Positions 36,671 to 46,885 are shown, counted from the first letter of the stretch. The stretch is 64,000 nt of DNA from Candidatus Yanofskybacteria bacterium (GCA_016181175.1 JACOZV010000002.1:115-64114); one strand, 5' to 3'. A program made the numbers and translations. The notes: generated from the letters alone by a model not told the origin.

Positions 36671-38086
36671 ATGACTAAGGTGAAAAAAGAAGTAGTTAGG
36701 GTGCGAATTGCGCCATCGCCAACGGGATATTTACATATCGGTACTGCTAGAGCGGCCCTTTTTAATTGGCTTTTTGCTCGTCACAAAAGCGAGGGCAAAT
36801 TTATTTTACGTATTGAAGATACTGACCTTGAGCGCTCGGAAAAGAGGTTTGAAGACGATATTATTTCTTCCCTTGAATGGCTTGGCCTGAAATGGGATGA
36901 GTTTTATAAACAAAGTGACAGAACCAAAATTTACTCCAAATATATTCAAAAGTTGCTGGACGACAGAAAGGCGTTTTGGTGCTATCACAGCGAGGAAGAA
37001 TTAGAAAAAGAGAGACAAGAGCAGATGACAAACAAAAACATGCCCAGGCACGTGTGCAGTTTTCGTGACAATGTAGATGCGGCCGATGGTCGGCAAGGAA
37101 TCATAAGATTAAAGATTGACCCGGATTCAACAAGAAAAATTTCGTTCTTGGATGTTATTCGAGGAAATATTGAATTTGAAGAACGATTGCTAGGAGATGT
37201 CAGTATCGCCAAGTCGGTTGACGTGCCGCTTTATCATTTTGCGGTGGTGGTTGATGATTATGAGATGGATATAACGCACGTAATTCGTGGCGAGGACCAT
37301 ATTGCAAATACGCCCAAACAAATTCTTTTGCAAGAAGCACTTGGTTTTGAACAGCCGCAATACGCGCACTTGCCGTTGATACTAGGGCCTGACCGGTCTA
37401 AATTATCTAAGCGCCATGCCTCAACATCTATTGCAGAATACCGCGGATTAGGTTATTTGCCTGATGCTATAGTCAACTTTCTTTTCCTTTTGGGGTGGAC
37501 GCCGGATAAGTCGGAAAATGAAATTTTGACCAAGAACGAGGCAATTGAGCAATTTAACTTGGAAAAAGTTCATAAAGCGGGTGCGATTTTTGATATTAAA
37601 AAGTTGAACTGGATAAATTCACAATACATAAAAATGGAGAACGACGAAGGTCTGGCTAAATTGGTTCAGCCATTCGTGGCAAAACATTTTGGCCATCAAG
37701 AGAAAGAATTAATTGTAAAAATTGCTCCACTTTTGCGGGAACGATTGGAATATCTGGATCAAGTCAAGGAATTTCATTTTTTCTTCAAAGAACCGGAATA
37801 CAGCAAAGAGTTACTGCAATGGAAGTCCAGAAGCGAGGACGAAGTCAAAAATTCTCTTGCGGAAGTTAAAAAAGTAATTGAGGAAATCGGTACGGAAGAC
37901 AAAAGCCGGCTGCGCCAAGAGTTGGATGAACTTGGCAAGCGCCTTGAAGACAGGGGATTGGTGTATTGGCCGTTTAGGGTTTCATTAACGGGTGAAAAGG
38001 CGTCTCCCGATCCGGTGGATGTGGCTTTTGTGCTTGGAAAGGAAATGACTCTTCAAAGAATGGGTTCGGCGACTAAAAAGTCATAA
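36671..38086 (+). CDS. gltX: Glutamate--tRNA ligase
   Basis: HIGH-type motif (PSPTGYLHIGTARAAL) and KMSK-type motif (KLSKRH). Confidence 0.9.
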   Translation: MTKVKKEVVRVRIAPSPTGYLHIGTARAALFNWLFARHKSEGKFILRIEDTDLERSEKRFEDDIISSLEWLGLKWDEFYKQSDRTKIYSKYIQKLLDDRKAFWCYHSEEELEKERQEQMTNKNMPRHVCSFRDNVDAADGRQGIIRLKIDPDSTRKISFLDVIRGNIEFEERLLGDVSIAKSVDVPLYHFAVVVDDYEMDITHVIRGEDHIANTPKQILLQEALGFEQPQYAHLPLILGPDRSKLSKRHASTSIAEYRGLGYLPDAIVNFLFLLGWTPDKSENEILTKNEAIEQFNLEKVHKAGAIFDIKKLNWINSQYIKMENDEGLAKLVQPFVAKHFGHQEKELIVKIAPLLRERLEYLDQVKEFHFFFKEPEYSKELLQWKSRSEDEVKNSLAEVKKVIEEIGTEDKSRLRQELDELGKRLEDRGLVYWPFRVSLTGEKASPDPVDVAFVLGKEMTLQRMGSATKKS

Positions 38087-38088
38087 AA

Positions 38089-39432
38089 ATGTTAAAACTC
38101 TCTAGTAATTCCCACAAATTAAGCCGAGGGGTTTTAATTTTTACTTTGCTTGCTGCTTGTTATTTACTACTTGCAGCGCCCGTTTTTGCCCTTGACGATA
38201 CAAGTCCCGTTAGAAGTCAGACATCAGTAGCGATGTCTGCAGATCTGCAAGCAGATCTTACTTCTAACGGGACAAGTCAAAAAATCCTTGACCTGCGCAA
38301 ACAAATTGAAGAATTGACAAAGCAGGCGGAGCAATATAAAGGCACCATTGCGCAAAAACAAAAACAAGCGGATACTCTGAAAAAACAGATAGACATTTTA
38401 AATAATCAGATTTTACAACTCCAAACCAAGATAGTAATTACTGATCGTCAGGTTACTTCAACAAAACTTGAGATTGTGGACTTGGAAGGGCAGATATTTG
38501 ATGCCAGTGAAAAGATAAATAAACAAAAGTTGGCAGTAGGGGAGCTTCTCTTGTTTCTTTACGAGCAAGACAGGTTAAGCTTGCTGGCGGTATTGCTCAA
38601 AAGTCCGCGGCTTTCTGATTTTACCGACCAGGCGCACCAAGTCCAGAACTTAAACAATAAACTCGTAGGATTATTGACGGAGCTCAAGACGCAAAAAGAA
38701 GACTTGGAACAAGGTAAACAAAAGTTGGATTTGAAAAAGTCGGAACTCGAGGCGCTCAACAGTAAACAAGTAAGCCAAAAAATTGCATTAAGCGGCAATA
38801 AAGTTGGCAAAGACGTGTTATTGGCGCAAACAAAGGGCCAGGAAGCCAAATATCAGCAACTTTTAAGCAGTGTAGAAAAGAAAAAAGCAGAATTTTTCGC
38901 TGAGTTGCAAAAATTTGAAGCAGAAGCGGTAAAAAGCGGAGCTTTTATTGTTCACGTTACCGCAGATTCGGTACCGATGCGTGGCAGTAAAATTTTCCAG
39001 TGGCCATATGACGACTATTATCTCACCCAAGGTTATGGTATGACGGCATACGCGCGGCGCGGCGCCTACGGAGGAGCGCCTCATAATGGGATAGATATTG
39101 CGGCCGGTTATGGCACACCTATCAGGCCAGTTGCGAGTGGCGCGATATTGGCAAGCGGTTTTAACAATGGTTTCGGCAACTGGGTAGCGGTTAGGCACGA
39201 CCGCGGTCTCGTGACTGTTTACGCCCACATGCGCAGTCCAAGCGGTCTTGTTAACGGGACGCCTGTAACAGCTAACTCAATAATCGGCTACGAGGGCTCA
39301 ACCGGTAATTCAACCGGTTCGCACTTGCACCTCTCACTGTACCGTGATTTCTTCACTTATATCAACGACAAAAACGGCCAACTATACTTCAACTATTTCG
39401 ATGGCTCCCTAAACCCACTTGACTATTTATAA
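38089..39432 (+). CDS. M23-family peptidase with an N-terminal coiled coil (EnvC/NlpD-like murein hydrolase)
   Basis: Signal/TM, a long coiled coil, and a C-terminal LytM domain (HNGIDIAAGYGTPIRPVASG, HLHLS). Confidence 0.8.
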   Translation: MLKLSSNSHKLSRGVLIFTLLAACYLLLAAPVFALDDTSPVRSQTSVAMSADLQADLTSNGTSQKILDLRKQIEELTKQAEQYKGTIAQKQKQADTLKKQIDILNNQILQLQTKIVITDRQVTSTKLEIVDLEGQIFDASEKINKQKLAVGELLLFLYEQDRLSLLAVLLKSPRLSDFTDQAHQVQNLNNKLVGLLTELKTQKEDLEQGKQKLDLKKSELEALNSKQVSQKIALSGNKVGKDVLLAQTKGQEAKYQQLLSSVEKKKAEFFAELQKFEAEAVKSGAFIVHVTADSVPMRGSKIFQWPYDDYYLTQGYGMTAYARRGAYGGAPHNGIDIAAGYGTPIRPVASGAILASGFNNGFGNWVAVRHDRGLVTVYAHMRSPSGLVNGTPVTANSIIGYEGSTGNSTGSHLHLSLYRDFFTYINDKNGQLYFNYFDGSLNPLDYL

Positions 39433-39523
39433 GCAGTATGTAAAGATATAATGGTCAGTGTTGCACTTTAAAAACCTATTTTAGTTGGTTTTATAGCTAA
39501 AACATCATCAGGAGGATACAAAA

Positions 39524-39895
39524 ATGGTCAGACAGGTTATAGTACTAGAAAAAGAGTATACTTGTCCTTTGTGTTGTAGTGTGTACAAAAAACTGGAAAA
39601 AGCTAAAAACTGTCTAAAAAAACACAATGATGCCTGCAGGAAAATTTTACCAAATTACGAAATTGGTGATCGGGTTTTAACCCACCTTTTTAATGATGCC
39701 AACCATGGAAAAGAACATACTACTATTGTAAGAATTAAAGGAGACCTATTTGATATGGAACTTTTGGTTGAAAATGATAGAGGAGAACGTTATTGGGTCC
39801 AGGTGATAAGATATGGTACTTTAAATCTACAAGATAATCCCACGTTAGGCTTTAGAGTCTGCGTGCCCATCATTAAAAATTATAGCCATAACTAA
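39524..39895 (+). CDS. Hypothetical protein with an N-terminal Cys cluster
   Basis: 123 aa with the Cys cluster CPLCC...C...C; followed by the terminator hairpin CCGGCCGAAAAGCCGG. Confidence 0.4.
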   Translation: MVRQVIVLEKEYTCPLCCSVYKKLEKAKNCLKKHNDACRKILPNYEIGDRVLTHLFNDANHGKEHTTIVRIKGDLFDMELLVENDRGERYWVQVIRYGTLNLQDNPTLGFRVCVPIIKNYSHN

Positions 39896-39947
39896 TTATG
39901 TCCGGCCGAAAAGCCGGTTTTATTTTTATTTATCCACACCCCCATCT

Positions 39948-39972
39948 TACTTAGGAGTTGAACTCCTAAGTA
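39948..39972. repeat. REP-like 25-bp palindrome (left flank of the HUH transposase gene)
   Basis: TACTTAGGAGTTGAACTCCTAAGTA. Confidence 0.7.
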
Positions 39973-39993
39973 AAGTCAGATAGAATAACGCAA

Positions 39994-40641
39994 ATGATAA
40001 AACCCAAATTTACAACTGGCGAGTTTTACCACATATTCAATAGGGGAAATAATAAGAGGGCGATTTTTTTGAAACCATTTGATTTAATGAGGTTTTTGCA
40101 AAGTATGCAGGAGTTTAATACCAAAGAACCAATTGGCAGTATTTATATCAATTCATTCAAAAACGAAGAACTTAGAAGTTCAACTCCAAAGTTAGAGAAA
40201 ATAGTTGATTTTGTATGCTACTGTTTAAACCAAAATCATTTCCACATTCTTATTAAACAAATAGCGGATGGTGGTATAATTAAGTTTATGCATAGACTTG
40301 GTACTGGATACACAAACTATTTTAATGGAAAGAATAAAACTAGCGGAGCTTTATTCCAGGGGAGATATAAAGCTATCCATGTAGATACTAACGAGTACCT
40401 ACTTTATTTAAGTGCCTACATTAATCTGAATTACAAAGTCCACCAACTTAGGAGTTCAACTCCTAAGTTGTGTAAATCAAGCTGGGAGGAATACACTAAT
40501 GTCATGAATGGATTTTGTAATAAAAAAATAATTATGTCGCAGTTTAACAGTGCGGCAAATTATAAAGATTTTGCCGAGGAAGCTTTAAAAATAATAAGAA
40601 ACAGAAAGGATATGGAAAAATCTCTAAACCTTATCACTTAG
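39994..40641 (+). CDS. tnpA: HUH Y1 transposase, IS200/IS605 TnpA-like / REP-associated tyrosine transposase (RAYT)-like
   Basis: HuH motif HFHILI, catalytic Tyr context GALFQGRYK, N-terminal YHIFNRGNNKRAIF. Flanked by identical palindromes. Two internal copies of the palindrome are translated in-frame as LRSSTPKL (aa 59-67 and 152-160). The stop codon lies inside the right palindrome. Confidence 0.7.
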   Translation: MIKPKFTTGEFYHIFNRGNNKRAIFLKPFDLMRFLQSMQEFNTKEPIGSIYINSFKNEELRSSTPKLEKIVDFVCYCLNQNHFHILIKQIADGGIIKFMHRLGTGYTNYFNGKNKTSGALFQGRYKAIHVDTNEYLLYLSAYINLNYKVHQLRSSTPKLCKSSWEEYTNVMNGFCNKKIIMSQFNSAANYKDFAEEALKIIRNRKDMEKSLNLIT

Positions 40642-40659
40642 GAGTTGAACTCCTAAGTG
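40635..40659. repeat. REP-like 25-bp palindrome (right flank)
   Basis: CACTTAGGAGTTGAACTCCTAAGTG. Confidence 0.7.
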
Positions 40660-40682
40660 AGTGATTTTGATACAATTAGTGC

Positions 40683-41939
40683 ATGACTAAAATACTAATT
40701 CTTGGTGGGGGATTCGGTGGTATACGTGTGGCTTTGGATTTGGAGAGTAAACTTGGGAAAAGGGGAGATACGAAAATTACTTTGATTGATAGAAATAACA
40801 GTCAAACCTTCCATCCGTCTTTGTATGAAGTAGCCTCCATTTATGGTGTTAACCACGAACATCCGTATCACACCAAACTCCGTGGTACGATTTGCATTCC
40901 ATTTAGTAAAATTTTTAAGGGAAAGAAAGTAGAATTTGTACAAGCTGAAATTAACCATATAGATTTGCAAGCTAAGCATGTCGTTACAAACGGCGGTGCT
41001 GTTATTGAATTTGATTATCTCGTGCTGGCTTTCGGTTCGATCGTTTCTACCTTTGGAACACCCGGTGTTGAGGAATACGCATTTAAGTTTAAAACAATTG
41101 AAAACGCGCTTATGCTTAACGACAAAATAGAGCAATTATTTATTGAGGCCAGTGAAAATAAAAGATCCCTGCCGATTAATATATTGATAGGCGGGGCAGG
41201 CTTCAATGGCATAGAGTTGGCGGCGGAGTTTTCAAATTGCGCGGTTCATGTAGCCCATCGGCATGCTATTGCCCAGCCCAATTGTGCGGCTATTACCCTG
41301 ATAGAAGCCACACCGGCCATATTGCCGATGGTTTCAGATAAAGAGAGAAAAATAATAGAAAAACGACTGAAAAAACTCGGCATCAACATACTTACTAATT
41401 CTCCTATTGAAGAAGTCGGCCCGGATTATGTGAAAATAAAAAACGGCGATGTTTTAAGTGGCGATCTTATTGTCTGGACGGCTGGGGTAAAAACTCTCGA
41501 TTTATTTAAGGGTATTTCTGGTCTTGAGCTAGATGATCGCGGCAGGATATTTGCGAATGAATTTTTACAGACAAAAAACCATACTAATATTTTTGCTATA
41601 GGTGATAACATTGTTTTTATTGATCCTAAAACTCAAAAACCAATTCCTCAAATGGCATTTCTGGCAATAGAGCAGGGGAGAGTGGCGGCAGAAAATATTA
41701 TCCGACTCATCAACAGTAAAATGCAGTTAAAAAAATATGAACCAGATTATGATATTTGGATTGCGCCGGTTGGGGGCAAGTATGCCTTGGTGCACCTAAA
41801 CGGATATAATTTTTCCGGCCTTTTGGGATATATTGCTAGAGAAGTGGTTGATTTAAGATATTTTTTGAGTGTTTTGCCACTTTTTGAAGCCATAAAACTA
41901 TTTTTTGAAGATGCAAGAGTATTCAGCAGGAACGATTAA
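40683..41939 (+). CDS. Type II NADH dehydrogenase (NDH-2) / FAD-dependent pyridine nucleotide-disulfide oxidoreductase
   Basis: N-terminal GGGFGG dinucleotide-binding motif and a second GxGxxG (IGGAGFNG). Confidence 0.75.
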   Translation: MTKILILGGGFGGIRVALDLESKLGKRGDTKITLIDRNNSQTFHPSLYEVASIYGVNHEHPYHTKLRGTICIPFSKIFKGKKVEFVQAEINHIDLQAKHVVTNGGAVIEFDYLVLAFGSIVSTFGTPGVEEYAFKFKTIENALMLNDKIEQLFIEASENKRSLPINILIGGAGFNGIELAAEFSNCAVHVAHRHAIAQPNCAAITLIEATPAILPMVSDKERKIIEKRLKKLGINILTNSPIEEVGPDYVKIKNGDVLSGDLIVWTAGVKTLDLFKGISGLELDDRGRIFANEFLQTKNHTNIFAIGDNIVFIDPKTQKPIPQMAFLAIEQGRVAAENIIRLINSKMQLKKYEPDYDIWIAPVGGKYALVHLNGYNFSGLLGYIAREVVDLRYFLSVLPLFEAIKLFFEDARVFSRND

Positions 41940-42008
41940 GGGTGTGGATAACTTCATTGACCTGATATATCAAATGTGGCATAATATAATTATAACAAAA
42001 GAGGGGAG

Positions 42009-42362
42009 GTGCTGATTTTGAAAAAAAATCTAGTTTACACAATCTCATTTCTTGCTGTTATCGCATCAATTATGTTTGTAGTTAGATATTCTTCGGCGTA
42101 TTCAATTAATGAAACTTCTTTGCCTTTACCCTCAATTCTAAACATTAATCCTTTTGACAGCGATTTATTTAAAAATTTGGTTCCCAATATCGATTTAGGT
42201 ACTACTATGCCAAACCTTAATCTTTTGAATATCAATAACCTTTCTAGCAATGACTTCGTAAGCGTTCTAAGGGCGGTTGCCATTCTAGCCATTAACCTTT
42301 TCTTAATTGTTATACAGACAGTGGCGGGCATATTGAAGGCCTTACTGCCGTTCCTGACTTAA
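42009..42362 (+). CDS. Hypothetical small membrane/secreted protein
   Basis: 117 aa with N- and C-terminal hydrophobic segments. Confidence 0.35.
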   Translation: MLILKKNLVYTISFLAVIASIMFVVRYSSAYSINETSLPLPSILNINPFDSDLFKNLVPNIDLGTTMPNLNLLNINNLSSNDFVSVLRAVAILAINLFLIVIQTVAGILKALLPFLT

Positions 42363-42530
42363 CCGGAAGACTTATTTTTAGTAACAGAGAGTTAGAACAA
42401 TTCAGAGTGGTACGTCGCATAACTACGATTGTGCGACGTTATGTTTATATTTAAAATTGTGTCCACTCGCCTATTCCCCATAAAAAAGCCGCTTATTAGC
42501 GGACTTTATTTTTATAAATTTCTATCTTTT

Positions 42531-44147
42531 CTATGTTGATCGATACATTTGATTAACGGTTAACTCAAACTTTTTAAGCAAAGAGTTTTTTTTGATTTTC
42601 ATTGTTGGGGTCATTTCCAATTCGGTATTATTTAATAACACAAAATTCTTTAGTTTGTGTATGCCCTCCCCCACTTGTGGTAGTCTCAACTTTATTTTTT
42701 CAGACAGTTCCCGAAATTCTGAATTTCCGTCAATAAATATTAAAGCTACCAAGTGTGGCCTGTTGACCCCGCAAATTACCGCTTCGTTTATTCTTGGATC
42801 AATTTTTCTGATTTCCTCTTCAATGAATTCAATTTTTTCCGGATTCACGTACTCACCATTTGCCAATTTGAAGCCATTGCCGAGCCTGCCAGTCCAAAAA
42901 ATTTTTTCACCGTCTTTTCTGCAGGTATCGCCGGTGTGATAAATAACCTCGCCCACTTCGTTTTTACTGAAAACCTGTTCATTTGCCGAAGGGTTTTGGA
43001 AATATCCGGCCATAACACAGTCCCCAACCACCACTATCTCTTCTTCTTTAACACACATTTTGTTGTTTGGGCCAAGCGGCACGCCGTTAAATGTTAGGGG
43101 TCCGGCAGTTTCAGTTTGTCCGTATATGTCGTCTACTCGTATACCCAACTTGTCAAAGAATTCCAGGTCATCGCCGCTTATTTTAGCGGCCGCACTCACA
43201 AAAATCCTTGTTTTTCTAAAACCTAGTTTTTTCTTAATTGCGCGTTTTTTTAGCCACTGCGGTATTATCAAACCATGCATCGGTAATTTTTTAATTTGAG
43301 CTTCAATACTTTTTCTAAAACTGGTCCAAATCTTCGGAACTCCTATAAAAATTGTTGGTTTGACTTGCTGAAGAACAATTGGAAAATTTTTTCTTAGTTT
43401 TTCGGGGTTTTTTATAGCTTCTTTCACGTGTTCAGTGAAATAAACGGTGTAGCCGGCGTAAATTTGCCCAAAAAAAGTGGCGACCAATTCGGCTATGTGG
43501 CCAAGAGGCAAATATGATAAAATTCTTTCTTCTTCCGTCGCTTCTAGGGCGGCAGTGATAGCTTCAAGGCGGTTTAATATGTTTTTTTGTGTTAGCATAA
43601 CACCCTTTGGCTGTCCCGAAGTGCCGGAAGTGTATGGCATAATAAGCAGGTCGTTTTCTCCCATTGCGGTGTAAAAGCGATAATAATATGACCGAGGTTT
43701 GTTAGATTTTAATAGGAGTAATTCGGTTCTCGCGATAATACCCTCAATCAAATAAGGATCTATTTCCGGCATTAATTCATACAGGGATTCGTTGGCCAAA
43801 ACTAACTTTGGTTTGCAGTCGTCAATTATTTTTCTTAAATCAACCAACCCCTTTTCTTTAAGAAGCTGAACGTTGATTGGTACCGGAACGGCACCGATCA
43901 GGATTATACCCAATAGTGCGAAAAATGAATCTGGCAAATTAAGCGGGATGATTGCTACAAAATCCCCTCTTTTTATTCCTTGTTTACTTAGCCATTCGGC
44001 TACACACATTGCTTTCTCTTGATAATTGTACCAAGAATACTTTTCTTCTGTGCCGTCGGCTTTTAGAAGTACTATTGCTGTTTTTTGAAGATTAACCCGT
44101 TCTAAGCGTTTTTCAAAAAGCGATGAAATATTCATTCGGTTCACCAC
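42531..44147 (-). CDS. AMP-dependent synthetase/ligase (long-chain acyl-CoA synthetase-like)
   Basis: AMP-binding signature YTSGTSGQPKGV; C-terminal GEV..TGD motif. Confidence 0.8.
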   Translation of the reverse strand: MVNRMNISSLFEKRLERVNLQKTAIVLLKADGTEEKYSWYNYQEKAMCVAEWLSKQGIKRGDFVAIIPLNLPDSFFALLGIILIGAVPVPINVQLLKEKGLVDLRKIIDDCKPKLVLANESLYELMPEIDPYLIEGIIARTELLLLKSNKPRSYYYRFYTAMGENDLLIMPYTSGTSGQPKGVMLTQKNILNRLEAITAALEATEEERILSYLPLGHIAELVATFFGQIYAGYTVYFTEHVKEAIKNPEKLRKNFPIVLQQVKPTIFIGVPKIWTSFRKSIEAQIKKLPMHGLIIPQWLKKRAIKKKLGFRKTRIFVSAAAKISGDDLEFFDKLGIRVDDIYGQTETAGPLTFNGVPLGPNNKMCVKEEEIVVVGDCVMAGYFQNPSANEQVFSKNEVGEVIYHTGDTCRKDGEKIFWTGRLGNGFKLANGEYVNPEKIEFIEEEIRKIDPRINEAVICGVNRPHLVALIFIDGNSEFRELSEKIKLRLPQVGEGIHKLKNFVLLNNTELEMTPTMKIKKNSLLKKFELTVNQMYRST

Positions 44148-44239
44148 GTATGTATTGTTAAATTTCTGAACTGATATTACATGGTATTAATGAAACCGTC
44201 AATTAAAAGTTTTTATTATGGCGTGTTAAAATAAGAGCT

Positions 44240-45004
44240 ATGTATTATTCTGATGTAGAAAATTTTAAGGCTGCAACAGGATACGAAATTGACGGAATTT
44301 GGTATCCGCGGGTTACTTCCATCGTTTCCATTAAGGCCAAACCGGCGCTTTATAAGTTTTACGCCGGCCAGGCAAGTTTTGCCGCTGGCGAAGCGGTTAA
44401 AAACAAATCGGCCGAGGAAGGCACGCTTTTGCATGAGACCGTTGAAGCGATTCTTAAGAACGAGCAACCCGCTATCCCCGATTCGGTGGCCCCCGCTGTT
44501 ACAGCGTTTTTGGATTTTAAAAAACAAAATGAAATAATACCTCATCAGATTGAGACAAGAATCGTCAGTAAGAAGCACCATTATGCTGGTACCATGGATT
44601 GTCTTGCTGAGCTGAATGGCCAATTAGGAGTGCTTGATATCAAAACATCTTACGCGATTTATAGAGACTACGGCATACAGACCTCGGCATATGTAGAGGC
44701 TTTGCGAGAAAGTCCCTCCATGCCGTCTCTCAAGCGTTGGATTTTGCGGCTGGATCAATCTAGGTTTTGTTTGAAAGGTTGTGGTTCCAAGATGCGCGAA
44801 AAAGGCGGAAATATAAAAATACGTCCCGCTAAGGGAGTGGCTGCTTCCAAGTGTCCGCATGTTTGGGGCGAACTTCTTGGTGAAGTTGAACTGCGCGAAC
44901 TTCTGGATATTGACAAAGATGTTCAAGCCTTTCTCGCCGCCAAAACTCTCTGGGAATGGGAGCATGATTACTGGCTCCGACAAATTCCCCGTCCCCGTCC
45001 TTGA
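44240..45004 (+). CDS. PD-(D/E)xK superfamily nuclease (Cas4/RecB/YqaJ-like fold) with a C-terminal Cys cluster; GC-richer than its surroundings
   Basis: GTMDCLAE...GVLDIKTS fits the D...(D/E)xK motif; Y/Q motif further downstream (IQTSAYVEA); C-terminal CLKGC...CPH. Confidence 0.5.
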   Translation: MYYSDVENFKAATGYEIDGIWYPRVTSIVSIKAKPALYKFYAGQASFAAGEAVKNKSAEEGTLLHETVEAILKNEQPAIPDSVAPAVTAFLDFKKQNEIIPHQIETRIVSKKHHYAGTMDCLAELNGQLGVLDIKTSYAIYRDYGIQTSAYVEALRESPSMPSLKRWILRLDQSRFCLKGCGSKMREKGGNIKIRPAKGVAASKCPHVWGELLGEVELRELLDIDKDVQAFLAAKTLWEWEHDYWLRQIPRPRP

Positions 45005-45029
45005 CCGTTAATTTTGTAATTGCTAATTT

Positions 45030-45737
45030 TTGTTAAAGCACTTTAAAAATTTTGGAGGCGCTATGTGGAAATCAGATCCTTGGCGCCTGTATCACATTGG
45101 TGATTTCTTTACTGATTTGGCGCTAAAGATTTTGGGTGGTGAAAAAACTGCCAGCTCTCAAGATTCCGGTGATATTAATAATTGGGATTTTGATAGCCAG
45201 ATAGAAGTAAAGGGTTGCAGCAATCGCAATACTCTCAAGATCTATTCAAAGCAACTGGATGAAGAAGTTGAACAACTCGGATTTCCATTCAGTCACTTGT
45301 TGTATGTGATATTTTTTTATAGAAATCGTTGGTCAGATAGATCAAGGTCTTTGAGTAAAGAGACTCCCAACTACAAAACGCTTAATGCGTTTTTAAGTAA
45401 AAACATAATGGTTGCTTTTGTAATTGATGCAAGAGTGCTTATGGCTATTCGTCGGGTTAATGGCTTGAGAATGGAACAGCGAAATAATGATGTTGTTCAT
45501 GTTATTAGGATAAGCAAGGGAATTCTTCACAATTTTGTAAAAGATTCCAAGGGTACACTTAAGCACTTTAAGCTTCGGGGATTCGGTGTTTTTAGTCATA
45601 AGATATATGGGGAATTTCGGGGTTCTTTGACTAATTTTGATTTAGTTTTTATCCTATCTAAAAAGCAACTGAAGAAGATTTTACAGTTCGACATACATTT
45701 TGATTCCGAAGACATAGAAATAGCCGGTACGCAATAG
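45030..45737 (+). CDS. Hypothetical protein, possible second PD-(D/E)xK nuclease
   Basis: WDFDSQIEVKG fits D-x(n)-E-x-K. No other family signal. Confidence 0.35.
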   Translation: MLKHFKNFGGAMWKSDPWRLYHIGDFFTDLALKILGGEKTASSQDSGDINNWDFDSQIEVKGCSNRNTLKIYSKQLDEEVEQLGFPFSHLLYVIFFYRNRWSDRSRSLSKETPNYKTLNAFLSKNIMVAFVIDARVLMAIRRVNGLRMEQRNNDVVHVIRISKGILHNFVKDSKGTLKHFKLRGFGVFSHKIYGEFRGSLTNFDLVFILSKKQLKKILQFDIHFDSEDIEIAGTQ

Positions 45738-45768
45738 CTTTTTATTAAAAAACGCCCGTTGGGCGTTT

Positions 45769-46767
45769 TTAACTTTCAAATATTAAAAATTCTTGCGGTG
45801 GTTTTTGTCTAGTACCCCTTATTACTATATTACCTGTAATATAGTAATAAGCCGAAGGAATGTTAAATTTGCAGGTTCTCTCAATTGGGCACGAACCGCA
45901 AGTCCTGAAATAACTATTTACTTGGCTTCGATTCCAGGTTATATCAATTGGTTTGATGGTGGTTTTTCTTGCTTCATAATCGCCAACATTGGAGATATTC
46001 CCAGGATGCTGACTGCAAAGAGTCCTGGAGATAATCCACATGGCTTCGCACAAGCGCAAGGGATTGACGTTGTATTTAAGCAAATAACCAGAAAGAAGCT
46101 CACGGATGAGCGAGAGAGTTTTTTTGTTGTAATTGTCCTTGTCCCATTCTTCAATAAGCAATATCTCGTGTCCAAACATGGTACGCAAAACATGAAAATC
46201 TACAGGCGGCGGAAAATGGAATGAATCTATAAAACCTGCCTCCATGAGAAAATGTATAAGCATACTAACCATTTTCTCCTGGAATCCCAAGAAACCAGAG
46301 TTTTTGTTTTCAATACGGTTCTTTTTGACTAATTTATTTCTAATTCTTTCACACGCCTCTTCATAAGTTTCAACTCCTTCAAGAAGTTTTACCGGACTGC
46401 TGTCCCAGTACCGAACTAGCATTTTAAAATTCTCAACCCAGGCCCTGCCTATTTCTCTAGATTGAAAACCGAGGCCGACTTCACGTAAAAACCCAGTAAT
46501 TTCCTGGGGATCTCTGTTCATTCCGTTTTCTGGGACGAATATTTCCGGTTTTGTTTCATATAGTTTTGCAAGTGATTTTATGGCTGTTATACTGTCAATT
46601 CCGCCCCTCATGTGATAACAAAGACAAAAAAGAAAAAGTGGGTGTTCTTTTGATCCTAAGGTCAGGTTCCTAGGCATGTTTTCCGGTATCTGTGGTGGTT
46701 TTGCCCACGGTTTGTCAAAAGGGTATTGGCCGGTATCGAAGGCGGCCATCAAACGGTTTAATACCAA
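45769..46767 (-). CDS. Hypothetical protein with a C-terminal Cys cluster (Fe-S or Zn binding candidate)
   Basis: 332 aa with C-terminal C-x2-C-x5-C (CGSCPIERTC) plus upstream Cys residues. Confidence 0.4.
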   Translation of the reverse strand: MVLNRLMAAFDTGQYPFDKPWAKPPQIPENMPRNLTLGSKEHPLFLFCLCYHMRGGIDSITAIKSLAKLYETKPEIFVPENGMNRDPQEITGFLREVGLGFQSREIGRAWVENFKMLVRYWDSSPVKLLEGVETYEEACERIRNKLVKKNRIENKNSGFLGFQEKMVSMLIHFLMEAGFIDSFHFPPPVDFHVLRTMFGHEILLIEEWDKDNYNKKTLSLIRELLSGYLLKYNVNPLRLCEAMWIISRTLCSQHPGNISNVGDYEARKTTIKPIDITWNRSQVNSYFRTCGSCPIERTCKFNIPSAYYYITGNIVIRGTRQKPPQEFLIFES

Positions 46768-46885
46768 TTCGAGTTTTTAGATGTCTGCTCGCATTTTGTT
46801 TCCTTTTTAAGGTTCTAGCTTAAGACACGAGAGCAATATTAACTGTATTTATCAATAAAGTAAAATATTTTAAGAGTGGAGGGTA

